Source: a virus
Taxonomy: Duplodnaviria > Heunggongvirae > Uroviricota > Caudoviricetes
DNA length: 37,388 nt
IMG/VR virus record: IMGVR_UViG_2778261448_000003
Strand: one strand, 5' to 3'
Part shown: positions 18,301-27,233 of the stretch, piece after piece
Position numbering within the stretch: position 1 is the first letter of the stretch
How the letters are laid out: each line of letters starts with the position of its first letter
Translations under genes and position numbers: made by a program
The notes under the pieces: model-generated
Seen by the model: only the letters and a program-made list of their open reading frames with translations
Database searches by the model: none
Told to the model about the DNA's origin: nothing

Positions 18301-19637
18301 ATAAGCGCTGACTTAAGGGTTGTGGTATTACGCCTGATATGATTTAACGTGCCGATGAATTACTCTCACGATAACTGGTCAGCAATTCTGGCCCATATTG
18401 GTAAGCCCGAAGAACTGGATACTTCGGCACGTAATGCCGGGGCTCTAACCCGCCGCCGCGAAATTCGTGATGCTGCAACTCTGCTACGTCTGGGGCTGGC
18501 TTACGGCCCCGGGGGGATGTCATTACGTGAAGTCACTGCATGGGCTCAGATCCATGACGTTGCAACATTATCTGACGTGGCTCTCCTGAAGCGGCTGCGG
18601 AATGCCGCCGACTGGTTTGGCATACTTGCCGCACAAACACTTGCTGTACGCGCCGCAGTTACGGGTTGTACAAGCGGAAAGAGATTGCGTCTTGTCGATG
18701 GAACAGCAATCAGTGCGCCCGGGGGCGGCAGCGCTGAATGGCGACTACATATGGGATATGATCCTCATACCTGTCAGTTCACTGATTTTGAGCTAACCGA
18801 CAGCAGAGACGCTGAACGGCTGGACCGATTTGCGCAAACGGCAGACGAGATACGCATTGCTGACCGGGGATTCGGTTCGCGTCCCGAATGTATCCGCTCA
18901 CTTGCTTTTGGAGAAGCTGATTATATCGTCCGGGTTCACTGGCGAGGATTGCGCTGGTTAACTGCAGAAGGAATGCGCTTTGACATGATGGGTTTTCTGC
19001 GCGGGCTGGATTGCGGTAAGAACGGTGAAACCACTGTAATGATAGGCAATTCAGGTAATAAAAAAGCCGGAGCTCCCTTTCCGGCACGTCTCATTGCCGT
19101 ATCACTTCCTCCCGAAAAAGCATTAATCAGTAAAACCCGACTGCTCAGCGAGAATCGTCGAAAAGGACGAGTAGTTCAGGCGGAAACGCTGGAAGCAGCG
19201 GGCCATGTGCTATTGCTAACATCATTACCGGAAGATGAATATTCAGCAGAGCAAGTGGCTGATTGTTACCGTCTGCGATGGCAAATTGAACTGGCTTTTA
19301 AGCGGCTCAAAAGTTTGCTGCACCTGGATGCTTTGCGTGCAAAGGAACCTGAACTCGCGAAAGCGTGGATATTTGCTAATCTACTCGCCGCATTTTTAAT
19401 TGACGACATAATCCAGCCATCGCTGGATTTCCCCCCCAGAAGTGCCGGATCCGAAAAGAAGAACTAACTCGTTGTGGAGAATAACAAAAATGGTCATCTG
19501 GAGCTTACAGGTGGCCATTCGTGGGACAGTATCCCTGACAGCCTACAAAACGCAATTGAAGAACGCGAGGCATCGTCTTAACGAGGCACCGAGGCGTCGC
19601 ATTCTTCAGATGGTTCAACCCTTAAGTTAGCGCTTAT
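18301..19637 (+). mobile_element. IS186 (IS4 family) insertion sequence, complete, with ~23-bp terminal inverted repeats and a ~13-bp target-site duplication GGGACTCGAACCC
   Basis: Ends CATAAGCGCTGACTTAAGGGTTG ... CAACCCTTAAGTTAGCGCTTATG; identical flanking GGGACTCGAACCC at 18288-18300 and 19638-19650; internal transposase ORF. Confidence 0.9.
18349..19467 (+). CDS. insL: IS186 transposase (DDE, IS4 family)
   Basis: 372 aa ORF MPMNYSHDNWSAILAHIGKPEELDTSARNAGALTRRREIRD... recognised as the IS186 transposase. Confidence 0.9.
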   Translation: MPMNYSHDNWSAILAHIGKPEELDTSARNAGALTRRREIRDAATLLRLGLAYGPGGMSLREVTAWAQIHDVATLSDVALLKRLRNAADWFGILAAQTLAVRAAVTGCTSGKRLRLVDGTAISAPGGGSAEWRLHMGYDPHTCQFTDFELTDSRDAERLDRFAQTADEIRIADRGFGSRPECIRSLAFGEADYIVRVHWRGLRWLTAEGMRFDMMGFLRGLDCGKNGETTVMIGNSGNKKAGAPFPARLIAVSLPPEKALISKTRLLSENRRKGRVVQAETLEAAGHVLLLTSLPEDEYSAEQVADCYRLRWQIELAFKRLKSLLHLDALRAKEPELAKAWIFANLLAAFLIDDIIQPSLDFPPRSAGSEKKN

Positions 19638-19757
19638 GGGACTCGAACCCCGCACCACAAAACAACAATACGTGTTATGCACTCTTACCCGATGAGTTAG
19701 TGACGGTTTTTTGTTCTGTGGGAATCCAGCCTGACGACAGAATTACTGGAACACCTT

Positions 19758-19790
19758 GCAAAAAAAGCCAGCCACCAGAGACTGGCTGGC
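19758..19790 (-). terminator. Intrinsic terminator (minus strand)
   Basis: GCCAGCCA-CCAGAGAC-TGGCTGGC hairpin preceded on plus by AAAAAAA. Confidence 0.55.
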
Positions 19791-19961
19791 AAATGACAGA
19801 GTTTAAATAATTCATCATACAATCGTCGTTACAGGGGAATCCTGCGGTGCAGCAAGATACAGAAATGTAAGCAAACTAACAATAAGCAAGCACAGCATAT
19901 TCGGAATTAGTTATAATTTTAACGATGCAGTGCTTATTCAGCATGCAATTCTGCAAATTAC

Positions 19962-19989
19962 CAAAAAAAAAACCGCCTGCTAAGGCGGT
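19962..19989 (-). terminator. Intrinsic terminator (minus strand)
   Basis: ACCGCC-TGCTAA-GGCGGT hairpin preceded on plus by a 10-nt A-run. Confidence 0.6.
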
Positions 19990-20351
19990 GGTCAAATCAG
20001 TAAGTGCTGAAGAGTATTATTATAATACAAGTGAGGTGTCGGGTGCCTCCCGAAATACCTGACATTCCATCAGATACTGTAGTTTCCCGGCTAAACTACT
20101 TAAACCACCCCGCACATGGAGTTCACCTCATTTTGTGATGTTAACAACATCGGGATAGTGCATAATCAGCCCCTGCCAGGAAATATCAAAAATCCCACCA
20201 ATAATGCACTATTCCGATAGCGTCAAAAAACACAGCACCGAAATCATAACTGGTCTCCGTTATAATTCGGGAGAGCGATAAAGGATATACGAGACCTTTC
20301 CCCCGCGAAAAAAACGCCAGTGCTGAAAAACCTATACCTCATTTGTTTTTC

Positions 20352-20426
<75 letters not shown>

Positions 20427-20429
20427 ATA

Positions 20430-20505
<76 letters not shown>

Positions 20506-20507
20506 AC

Positions 20508-20584
20508 TGGACCGCCACCGAGGACTCGAACCTCGCACACTCAACTTAAAGGGTTAACACTCTTTCTTGGTGAACTGGTGGCGG
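20508..20584 (-). tRNA. Atypical tRNA-like gene X (isotype uncertain; possible UUU anticodon with C33)
   Basis: CCGCCAC...CGAGG-TTCGAGT-CCTCG-GTGGCGG-T-CCA: perfect acceptor and T-arm, but D-loop lacks GG and anticodon loop is CCTTTAA; paralogous to tRNA-like Y. Confidence 0.45.
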
Positions 20585-20585
20585 T

Positions 20586-20661
20586 TGGTGGCCCTTGCTG
20601 GATTCGAACCAGCGACCTGGCGATTATGAGTCGCTCGCTCTCACCACTGAGCTAAAGGGCC
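20586..20661 (-). tRNA. tRNA-Ile2-like (anticodon CAU, ileX/ileZ type)
   Basis: GGCCCTTTAGCTCAGTGGTGAGAGCGAGCGACTCATAATCGCCAGGTCGCTGGTTCGAATCCAGCAAGGGCCACCA; closer to E. coli ileX than to elongator Met. Confidence 0.75.
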
Positions 20662-20687
20662 GGGCCGAAAATAATAATCAGATTAAA

Positions 20688-21401
20688 TCAAAAATCAAGC
20701 CCTTGCATAGATACATATCTGTCTGGCGGGAAGCCATAATAGCGGTGAAATACAGAGATAAAGTAGGATCTACTTGAATAACCGCATTTTTCTGCTACAG
20801 CCTGTCCATATCCATGCCGGGAGCATAACATATTTACAGCAACCCGCATCCGTTCCTCAAGTAACAAATTACTGAACCTGAGACCTTCATCCTTGAGTTT
20901 TTTCTTTAACAAGCTCTCACTCATATGCAACTGTAGAGCAATCGCACCAAGCGTCCAGCTTGCTGATATATCTGTTTGAATTATCGCTCTGACTTTGGCA
21001 CTTATACTGGATAAACATCCACTTAAAAATAATAACATCCGTTCATCTGATTCAAACAACGACAGGCAGGCCATCATAAGAAACATGTCCGTGGTCTCTC
21101 CGGAAAGTCTCTGGCTGGTAATTAAAGCCACAGCCAACGCAGGATTGTTGGGTTCCTGCGACAAGTAAAGCGGAATGTCAGTCAGAGGAGTTCTTGTCAG
21201 CTTATGCTGACTTTCCAGATATTGACTTACTATAGAATGGTTTATATCGACAATTTTAACTTTGCCATAATGCATAAGGAAAAGCTCCCTGATGCATTTG
21301 GTGGCCAAAACAACTGAGCCGGGCTTAAGTGACAACGTATCCTTTTCAAGAAAAATATTAATTGGGGAGCAAACCATGATAACTGAACAGACAACAGCCA
21401 T
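20688..21401 (-). CDS. AraC/XylS-family transcriptional regulator (AppY/PatE-like prophage regulator)
   Basis: C-terminal dual-HTH AraC signature (LGAIALQLHMSESLLKKKLKDEGLRFSNLLLEERMRVAVNML...AEKCGYSSRSYFISVFHRYYGFPP); start ambiguous between 21401 and 21377. Confidence 0.75.
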   Translation of the reverse strand: MAVVCSVIMVCSPINIFLEKDTLSLKPGSVVLATKCIRELFLMHYGKVKIVDINHSIVSQYLESQHKLTRTPLTDIPLYLSQEPNNPALAVALITSQRLSGETTDMFLMMACLSLFESDERMLLFLSGCLSSISAKVRAIIQTDISASWTLGAIALQLHMSESLLKKKLKDEGLRFSNLLLEERMRVAVNMLCSRHGYGQAVAEKCGYSSRSYFISVFHRYYGFPPDRYVSMQGLDF

Positions 21402-21814
21402 TATAATTTTACTCTAATTAGCAAAAGGTTAGCTCAATTATATCCCAAAGAGGTAAATTCTCATCAACACATAAGCAAATGACTGGCTGGTGCCGCTAAC
21501 ACCCACAAGCCGCCCATTTACCACAAATAAAAAGGATAACCTGCCATACCCACCATCACAAGCCGGGTCCGTATTAACTGGCAGCGTTCGCGTGAAAGGT
21601 AAGTATTCTGCGCAATTCCCCGACTGTCGCCGGTTCGGTGATGCTTAATTCATTAAATACCACTCTGGCGGTTTCGGCCATGTCCTACTGTTTTAGCATG
21701 CCTTTTCCCTGTTCTGGTTAACGTGACATACCAATAACTCTTGTCGAAAAAGCCAGCAAGCTGAAAGACCAGTATTCGCAACCACCAGCGTGTTTAATGT
21801 ACCGCTTTTCGGGC

Positions 21815-21845
21815 ATAAAAAAACCCGCTCGGAGGCGGGTTTTAT
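21815..21845 (-). terminator. Strong intrinsic terminator immediately downstream of the Q-like gene (tR'-like)
   Basis: AAAAAAACCCGCTCGGAGGCGGGTTTTAT: perfect GC hairpin with a T-run on the minus transcript. Confidence 0.75.
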
Positions 21846-21926
21846 ATTCTTTGCCATCGCGTACAAAATCAGCAAAATATCAAATATGCACGAAATATAT
21901 GCCTTTTAATCTACTTTTGCAATACT

Positions 21927-22601
21927 TTACAGTGAAAATGCCGCCTTTTGTTTTGAACGTGTTCTCGTCACGAACAATAAAGCCTCACTATCCAGCCGAT
22001 GAAAAGTGTGTTTCATTGCAACCCAGTGACCAGTAAATGTTTTGGACCAGTTTTTAGTTGTCACTCCCGCCAGTAATGCCAGCTCCTGGTATTCATAACC
22101 TTCCCCACCAAAAAGTTCTGCTTTTACTGCCTGCGCCGCCAGCCAGATTAATTTTTTCAGGCGTTCCTGCGTTTTCCCTGCAATTTTTCTGGTACCGGAT
22201 TGAGTATTAAATTCATTCCACGCCCACTGTGTTATCGCGATCTGATATTCCCAACAAATACTCCCGCTGTAACACCACAACAACCAGGCTTTATGATGTT
22301 CTTCAAGAGACAGAACAGCCCGCCGCCACGATGATGTCGAAAACTCAACCGGACTGACCAGAGGAATTGACGTCCCCTTCGCCAGCGATTGCTTTCCCGG
22401 GATTGGTGGATTATCCCGCGTTATCATTTTTCCAGTCACTTCATCGCGGTACCGGATTTTTTTTCGCCTGTAACGCCCTGTATCGAACATGGCATTCTCT
22501 TGCCAGGCTTCAAGCTGACCTTTTGTTGCCCCACTCAAATCAGCGGTGGCGATAATGAGCTGCTCACGCACAAACTGTAAATACTGGTTATTCATGCGCA
22601 C
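21927..22601 (-). CDS. Putative late-gene antitermination protein Q
   Basis: 224 aa ORF at the Q position (after RusA, before a tR'-like terminator, tRNAs and lysis genes); N-terminus recalled as a prophage Q-family protein, not verified. Confidence 0.6.
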   Translation of the reverse strand: MRMNNQYLQFVREQLIIATADLSGATKGQLEAWQENAMFDTGRYRRKKIRYRDEVTGKMITRDNPPIPGKQSLAKGTSIPLVSPVEFSTSSWRRAVLSLEEHHKAWLLWCYSGSICWEYQIAITQWAWNEFNTQSGTRKIAGKTQERLKKLIWLAAQAVKAELFGGEGYEYQELALLAGVTTKNWSKTFTGHWVAMKHTFHRLDSEALLFVTRTRSKQKAAFSL

Positions 22602-22957
22602 TCCAGTTCTGTGATTTTTATCCCCAGCCGCCCACCAGGAACGAGCTGACCGCGCACAATATTGATTTCATCAAACTGCTCGTCGTCTATAAGTAGTCCG
22701 GCATGCGTCAGCGCATCCAGTGGTGCCTTCAGGATATTGTCCAGGTCGCGGCGGCGCTTATCCGGTGGCTCCGCAATAATCTTTATCGCCAGCCTTCCGG
22801 ACAGGTTTAATTTCAACCGCTGCTGGCGAACAATTAGCGCCACATCATGGCGATAACGCTTTCCGGCCTCCGAGATGAAATACGTATTGCCATGACGTCG
22901 CCAGTAGGTATTCACCGTCGGCGGGTAAGGCAAAACAAATTCTATGCGTTCAGTCAT
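22592..22957 (-). CDS. rusA: Holliday junction resolvase RusA
   Basis: 121 aa; LPYPPTVNTYW ... PDKRRRDLDNILKAPLDALTHAGLLIDDEQ matches the RusA catalytic region. Confidence 0.9.
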   Translation of the reverse strand: MTERIEFVLPYPPTVNTYWRRHGNTYFISEAGKRYRHDVALIVRQQRLKLNLSGRLAIKIIAEPPDKRRRDLDNILKAPLDALTHAGLLIDDEQFDEINIVRGQLVPGGRLGIKITELECA

Positions 22958-24013
22958 TCATGCTTTCCACTTCAGGACACCCGAATTTCTCGCGTGCATT
23001 AAAAAACGAATCAGCAACAACAGCTGGCTGCCGTGTTTTTCTTCAAAATCTTTTACCCCGGCGTGCAGTTCGTTATGACATTTACGGCACAGCGGAATAA
23101 CAAACAAATCATCAGCCTTTGTTCCCATCCCTCCCAGTCCATGACCAATGATGTGATGCGGATCATCTGCCTGATTACCGCACGTCATGCATTTCTGCGT
23201 TTTTACCCAGCGCGTGTATACAGGCATCTCTTCCCGTTGTGGTTTCTGGCGCTGGAGATACTGAGCCGGTGACTCCGAATCAACGGCAATGCTTACCACC
23301 GTCTTTTCCTGTGGCGGGTTTTGCTGGTGGGCGTGAGGCAGCGGCGCAAGATTTTTTGTGCGCTGCTTCAGTATGCTGGTGGCGGTCTGCTCTCCCGGCA
23401 CGATGTCGCTTTCACGGTACATTGGGCGGATTTTTTCCGCACGCAACCCCAGCGAACGACGTAATACCGCTTCCGGTAGCGCGTCCGCCACCTGATTGCG
23501 GACCGCCCACCAGGATAATTCAGCCAGCGATAATTCCCGCTCCTGTGTGCCATTCATTGCGTGACGGATGACGTCAATCATCCATGCTGACAGGTTTTGT
23601 TGAGCAAGTTGCCCGAGTGACTCTGATGTCTGGTCGCGCAGCTGGTTGTCACAGTGCCAGCACAATACCATCGCGCCAGTACCGTAACGATGTATGACGG
23701 TTTCACTGTGATGGTAGTCACCATGAGGCCACTGGCAGGATTTAATATGACGCAGGAGCCAGTCAGACAATGCGCCTGCGCCGCCAGCAGCACGAATCAC
23801 CCGTTCGTCGCTGAAAAATGGCAGTAATGATTTATCTTCCATCAGTGGCTGGCGAACGGCAGGAACAATCCCGGATGGCAGACCGCGCATGCTTTTCGGT
23901 TCCGGCTCCACCAGCACTCGAGGGTTATGAAATACCTGCATGGATTCACGGCCCGGCTTTAGCACCACCAGCCCAAGTTCCGGTACCGGAACAGGTCGAA
24001 GTAATACCCGCAC
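22958..24013 (-). CDS. DUF968-type prophage protein with C-terminal HNH/zinc-finger-like motif
   Basis: 351 aa; C-terminal CMTCGN...DPHHIIGHG...CRKCHNELH; occupies the nin-region slot next to rusA as YdfU-type proteins do. Confidence 0.6.
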   Translation of the reverse strand: MRVLLRPVPVPELGLVVLKPGRESMQVFHNPRVLVEPEPKSMRGLPSGIVPAVRQPLMEDKSLLPFFSDERVIRAAGGAGALSDWLLRHIKSCQWPHGDYHHSETVIHRYGTGAMVLCWHCDNQLRDQTSESLGQLAQQNLSAWMIDVIRHAMNGTQERELSLAELSWWAVRNQVADALPEAVLRRSLGLRAEKIRPMYRESDIVPGEQTATSILKQRTKNLAPLPHAHQQNPPQEKTVVSIAVDSESPAQYLQRQKPQREEMPVYTRWVKTQKCMTCGNQADDPHHIIGHGLGGMGTKADDLFVIPLCRKCHNELHAGVKDFEEKHGSQLLLLIRFLMHARNSGVLKWKA

Positions 24014-24014
24014 G

Positions 24015-24293
24015 TTACCTCCAGATCCGTTGCTGGAATGTGCGGGACGGACGCGGTGGGCGTTCGGAGTAAGGAAGCCTGACGGAGATTATCCAGTGAC
24101 GATAATCGAGGCTGAGGGCTTTCTTAATCTCGTATCCGTGTCTGCGGTAGCACTGAATTAGCCATTCAGCTTGTTCTTCAGTACATGGGGGATGCTGGTA
24201 CCAATCAGATTTAAATGCGTGAGAGCGCCGCCCGTGCCTGCTGGCAAAGACGGCTGAATTATCAGAATTGTGTAATTTGGTATTGTGCGCCAT
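24015..24293 (-). CDS. Hypothetical nin-region protein (92 aa from MAHNTK)
   Basis: ORF 24015..24422 with a probable internal start; no family recognised. Confidence 0.4.
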   Translation of the reverse strand: MAHNTKLHNSDNSAVFASRHGRRSHAFKSDWYQHPPCTEEQAEWLIQCYRRHGYEIKKALSLDYRHWIISVRLPYSERPPRPSRTFQQRIWR

Positions 24294-24363
24294 CGGTTGT
24301 CTCTGCTGGCGCAGCAGGTGCCAGTTGTTCAGGCTGGCGTGCGAATTGTAAACCAGAATGCCA

Positions 24364-24392
24364 GGAAAAAACAAAACCCGCCGAAGCGGGTT
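24364..24392 (-). terminator. Intrinsic terminator downstream of hok (minus strand)
   Basis: CCCGC-CGAA-GCGGG hairpin followed on the minus strand by TTTTGTTTTTT. Confidence 0.7.
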
Positions 24393-24460
24393 AAGTGCGG
24401 GTGCGTTGAGGATGCCTGACACATCAGAGGTGGCGAGGGATTTCTCCCCCGCCTGGTCTC

Positions 24461-24616
24461 TTACTCCTCAGGTTCGTAAGCTGTGAAGACAGCGACCTCC
24501 GTCTGGCCGGTTCGGATTCGCACCTCGCAGAGGTCTTTCCTCGTTACCAGTGCCGTCACTATGACGGTTAAACAGATGACGATCAGGGCGATTAGCATCG
24601 CCTTTTGCTGCTTCAT
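24461..24616 (-). CDS. hok: Hok/Gef-family type I toxin (51 aa membrane peptide)
   Basis: Own translation: MKQQKAMLIALIVICLTVIVTALVTRKDLCEVRIRTGQTEVAVFTAYEPEE, matching HokD/RelF as recalled; absent from the ORF track because it is under 60 aa. Confidence 0.9.
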   Translation of the reverse strand: MKQQKAMLIALIVICLTVIVTALVTRKDLCEVRIRTGQTEVAVFTAYEPEE

Positions 24617-25249
24617 AGCCTGCTTCTCCTTGACCTTTCGGTCCGTAAGAGGCTAATCTCTATGTGTCGCATAGATATGGCCTCAGATTAATGTTAAGCG
24701 TCTTGCAGGACGCGTAATGTTAACTGGGGCTTTTCTCTATCTGCCGTTGGTGTTCATGCCCGAGGCAGATAGCCTCAAGCACCCACAGCCATTCTACTTA
24801 ACTACCGTTACCTCGCCAACATGAAATCAATCAGAAAGGCGAACCATAAGAACAATAACAACAATTAAATTCATTTTCTCAAATCCTGTTAACGACGCCC
24901 ATCCGACACTAACAACTTTCATTTATTATACTATTTCCCCATCGACGCTCTGCGTTGGCATAACACAAATCTGTCTGTCCGTTTGAGTAAAGAGCGGATA
25001 TCTGCAGTTTCAAAGAAACTGCGCATGCACACGAACTATCAAAGATAGTGATAACTGAGATAAAAACATATGGAAGCCTTCGGCATTTAAAAATAACAGC
25101 AAATCATATAAAAGGAAAGAGATAAGCAACATTTACATAACATGTATCACGATACGCCCCAGTGTTAATAAAAAGACTATCACTTTATTCTTTTATAATG
25201 TTAGTTTGCACTAGCAAGTGCCACTCCGAACAGAAAAAGGATACATGTA

Positions 25250-27061
25250 ATGAAGCTACAGCAATTTAATATTAAAAATTACAAGTCGATAAAAGATGAA
25301 ATAGAAGTATATATCGATGATATAGTTGTGCTAATTGGTCCAAATAACTCTGGAAAGTCAACAATATTAGATGCGTATGAAAAGTTTGCATCTTTAGGAT
25401 CAGCAAAAGGCCTGACTGCTCATGATTTTTATAACTCAGATATATCTATACCAATTGAAATGTGCGGAATTTTCACTGATATCACTGATGATGATATTCG
25501 TACATTAGGGGGAGAGAAATGGTTTTATAAAGATGATGCTCTTGACAGAAGAAATATGGCAAGAAAGTATGGGGGAGATTGGGAGAAAAATAATACACCA
25601 TTGGAAAGCAAACTCTATTATTGTGTTAAATGGGTTTGGTCACATCCAGAAAAAGCAGCCCAAAAACAATCCTATGGCCTTGATGATGCCTCTGGCAAAC
25701 GCATATTTATTGATGGGGGCTCTGGGGGACTTGACACACTACTACAAAGCCGAGTTCCTCAACCAATAAGAATAAGCCCAGATAAATCCATGGATGAAAC
25801 TAAAAAAATTATCATAAGTTTCTTAAAGGAAGATGCAAAAGATGAGTTACTGAAAACAGGGGAAAGTAAAGCTGATATAATACAGAAAATACAAGAGTTG
25901 ACAGACACTCTTATGAAAGATTCCAAATCAAAAATCGATGATCTTCTACAGCAGGTCTCCAAATCATCATCATCTGTTTTTCCTGGGCTAGAACTGGAAT
26001 TAAACATACTTTCCAAGGATCCCGTAGATGCGGATGTTATGGTTTCAGAATCTAACCTTACAGTGAAAATGGATGGGATAAATAGCTCTCTTCTCGAGAA
26101 CCAAGGTCACGGTGTTCGCCGCTCCGTTTTATGGTCTGCTTTGCAAATTTTGACTCACGAATCTCATGCACGAGATAAAATAAAAAAAGCGAAAGGTAAG
26201 CCTATCTCTGTTGAGAAAAAACAATATATTTTATTGATTGATGAGCCTGAATCATTTCTTCACCCTCCTATAATTAGAAGTGCGAGGGACTCGCTTTATG
26301 ATTTTGCAGCAAACAATGATAACTGGCAGGTGATGGCTACAACACACTCCCCTGTATTCATAGACTTATCCAAGAAGCACACGACTATAATTAGGATAGA
26401 AAAAGACAAATCTCTAAATAAAACAATATCTACAGATGAACTATCTTTTTCTGAAGAGGAAAAAGATAATATGAAAATGATAAGATTATGTAACCCAATG
26501 GTTAATGAGTTTTTCTTTTACGACAATATAATATTAGTTGAAGGACCAACTGAAAAAATCGTCATTAACAAAATATGTGATATTGTCGGAGTTGATTATC
26601 ATATCATTGACTGTTTAGGAAAAGGGAATATAAAAACATTTGCTAAAATATTAAATCAATTTAACGTTGAGTATATAGCAGTACATGACTCCGACATTCC
26701 AAAATGCTTAAAGCAAGGAAGCGTTTCAGGTAATGGAGCATGGGGTTCAAATGTATCCATAATGAACGAATGCTCTAAAAGTAAAAAACCAATGGTATTT
26801 ATTCAAATACCTCATTTCGAAGGACTGTTTTTTAAAAATTTCAATCCATCAAACAAAGTTGAAACAGTAACATCAGTTCTATCTAATAATTTAACACCAG
26901 AATACAAAGCAATATTTGATACATATAGCAGAATTTTAAACAAAGATCCTTCTGTTTTTATCAGCTCCAACGAAAAAATGATAGACATGTATCATGCATT
27001 TTATGCCAGTAATAAAAACCAAATTGAGACGCTAAAGAATCCTGAAATCTGGATCCTTTAA
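25250..27061 (+). CDS. OLD-family nuclease: N-terminal ABC-type ATPase fused to C-terminal Toprim domain (class-1, stand-alone)
   Basis: 603 aa; Walker A GPNNSGKST, Walker B/D-loop LLIDEPESFLHP, Toprim motifs LVEGPTE and HDSD; very AT-rich gene unlike the flanking prophage DNA. Confidence 0.8.
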   Translation: MKLQQFNIKNYKSIKDEIEVYIDDIVVLIGPNNSGKSTILDAYEKFASLGSAKGLTAHDFYNSDISIPIEMCGIFTDITDDDIRTLGGEKWFYKDDALDRRNMARKYGGDWEKNNTPLESKLYYCVKWVWSHPEKAAQKQSYGLDDASGKRIFIDGGSGGLDTLLQSRVPQPIRISPDKSMDETKKIIISFLKEDAKDELLKTGESKADIIQKIQELTDTLMKDSKSKIDDLLQQVSKSSSSVFPGLELELNILSKDPVDADVMVSESNLTVKMDGINSSLLENQGHGVRRSVLWSALQILTHESHARDKIKKAKGKPISVEKKQYILLIDEPESFLHPPIIRSARDSLYDFAANNDNWQVMATTHSPVFIDLSKKHTTIIRIEKDKSLNKTISTDELSFSEEEKDNMKMIRLCNPMVNEFFFYDNIILVEGPTEKIVINKICDIVGVDYHIIDCLGKGNIKTFAKILNQFNVEYIAVHDSDIPKCLKQGSVSGNGAWGSNVSIMNECSKSKKPMVFIQIPHFEGLFFKNFNPSNKVETVTSVLSNNLTPEYKAIFDTYSRILNKDPSVFISSNEKMIDMYHAFYASNKNQIETLKNPEIWIL

Positions 27062-27092
27062 TTTTTAATGTTGTAATAAATATTATTTAGTA

Positions 27093-27120
27093 ACAACCCT
27101 CTATTGAGGGTTGTTTTTAA
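27093..27120 (+). terminator. Intrinsic terminator after the OLD-family gene
   Basis: ACAACCCTC-TATTG-AGGGTTGT followed by TTTTT. Confidence 0.65.
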
Positions 27121-27233
27121 TCATAAGAAATCTGACACACTCTATCATACTAAAAATAACACAACATGCATACAAAGTGTTTATATGCATAGACATATTA
27201 CCTCACATCTGAGTCAATACACTTTAATTTCAT

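Larger units (their letters stand above)
18275..19706 (-). pseudogene. tRNA-like gene Y interrupted by IS186 (5' part 19638-19706, 3' part 18275-18300)
   Basis: Once the IS is removed the minus strand reads CCGTCAC-TA-ACTC-ATCGGGTAA-GAGT...CGGGG-TTCGAGT-CCCCG-GTGACGG-T-CCA: perfect 7-bp acceptor, D-arm with GGG, canonical T-arm; anticodon arm non-canonical. Confidence 0.55.

Noticed and set aside
18096-18311. 71-aa plus-strand ORF
   Set aside because: Spans a terminator hairpin and the 3' fragment of the split tRNA-like gene, then runs into the IS186 end; not a plausible gene.
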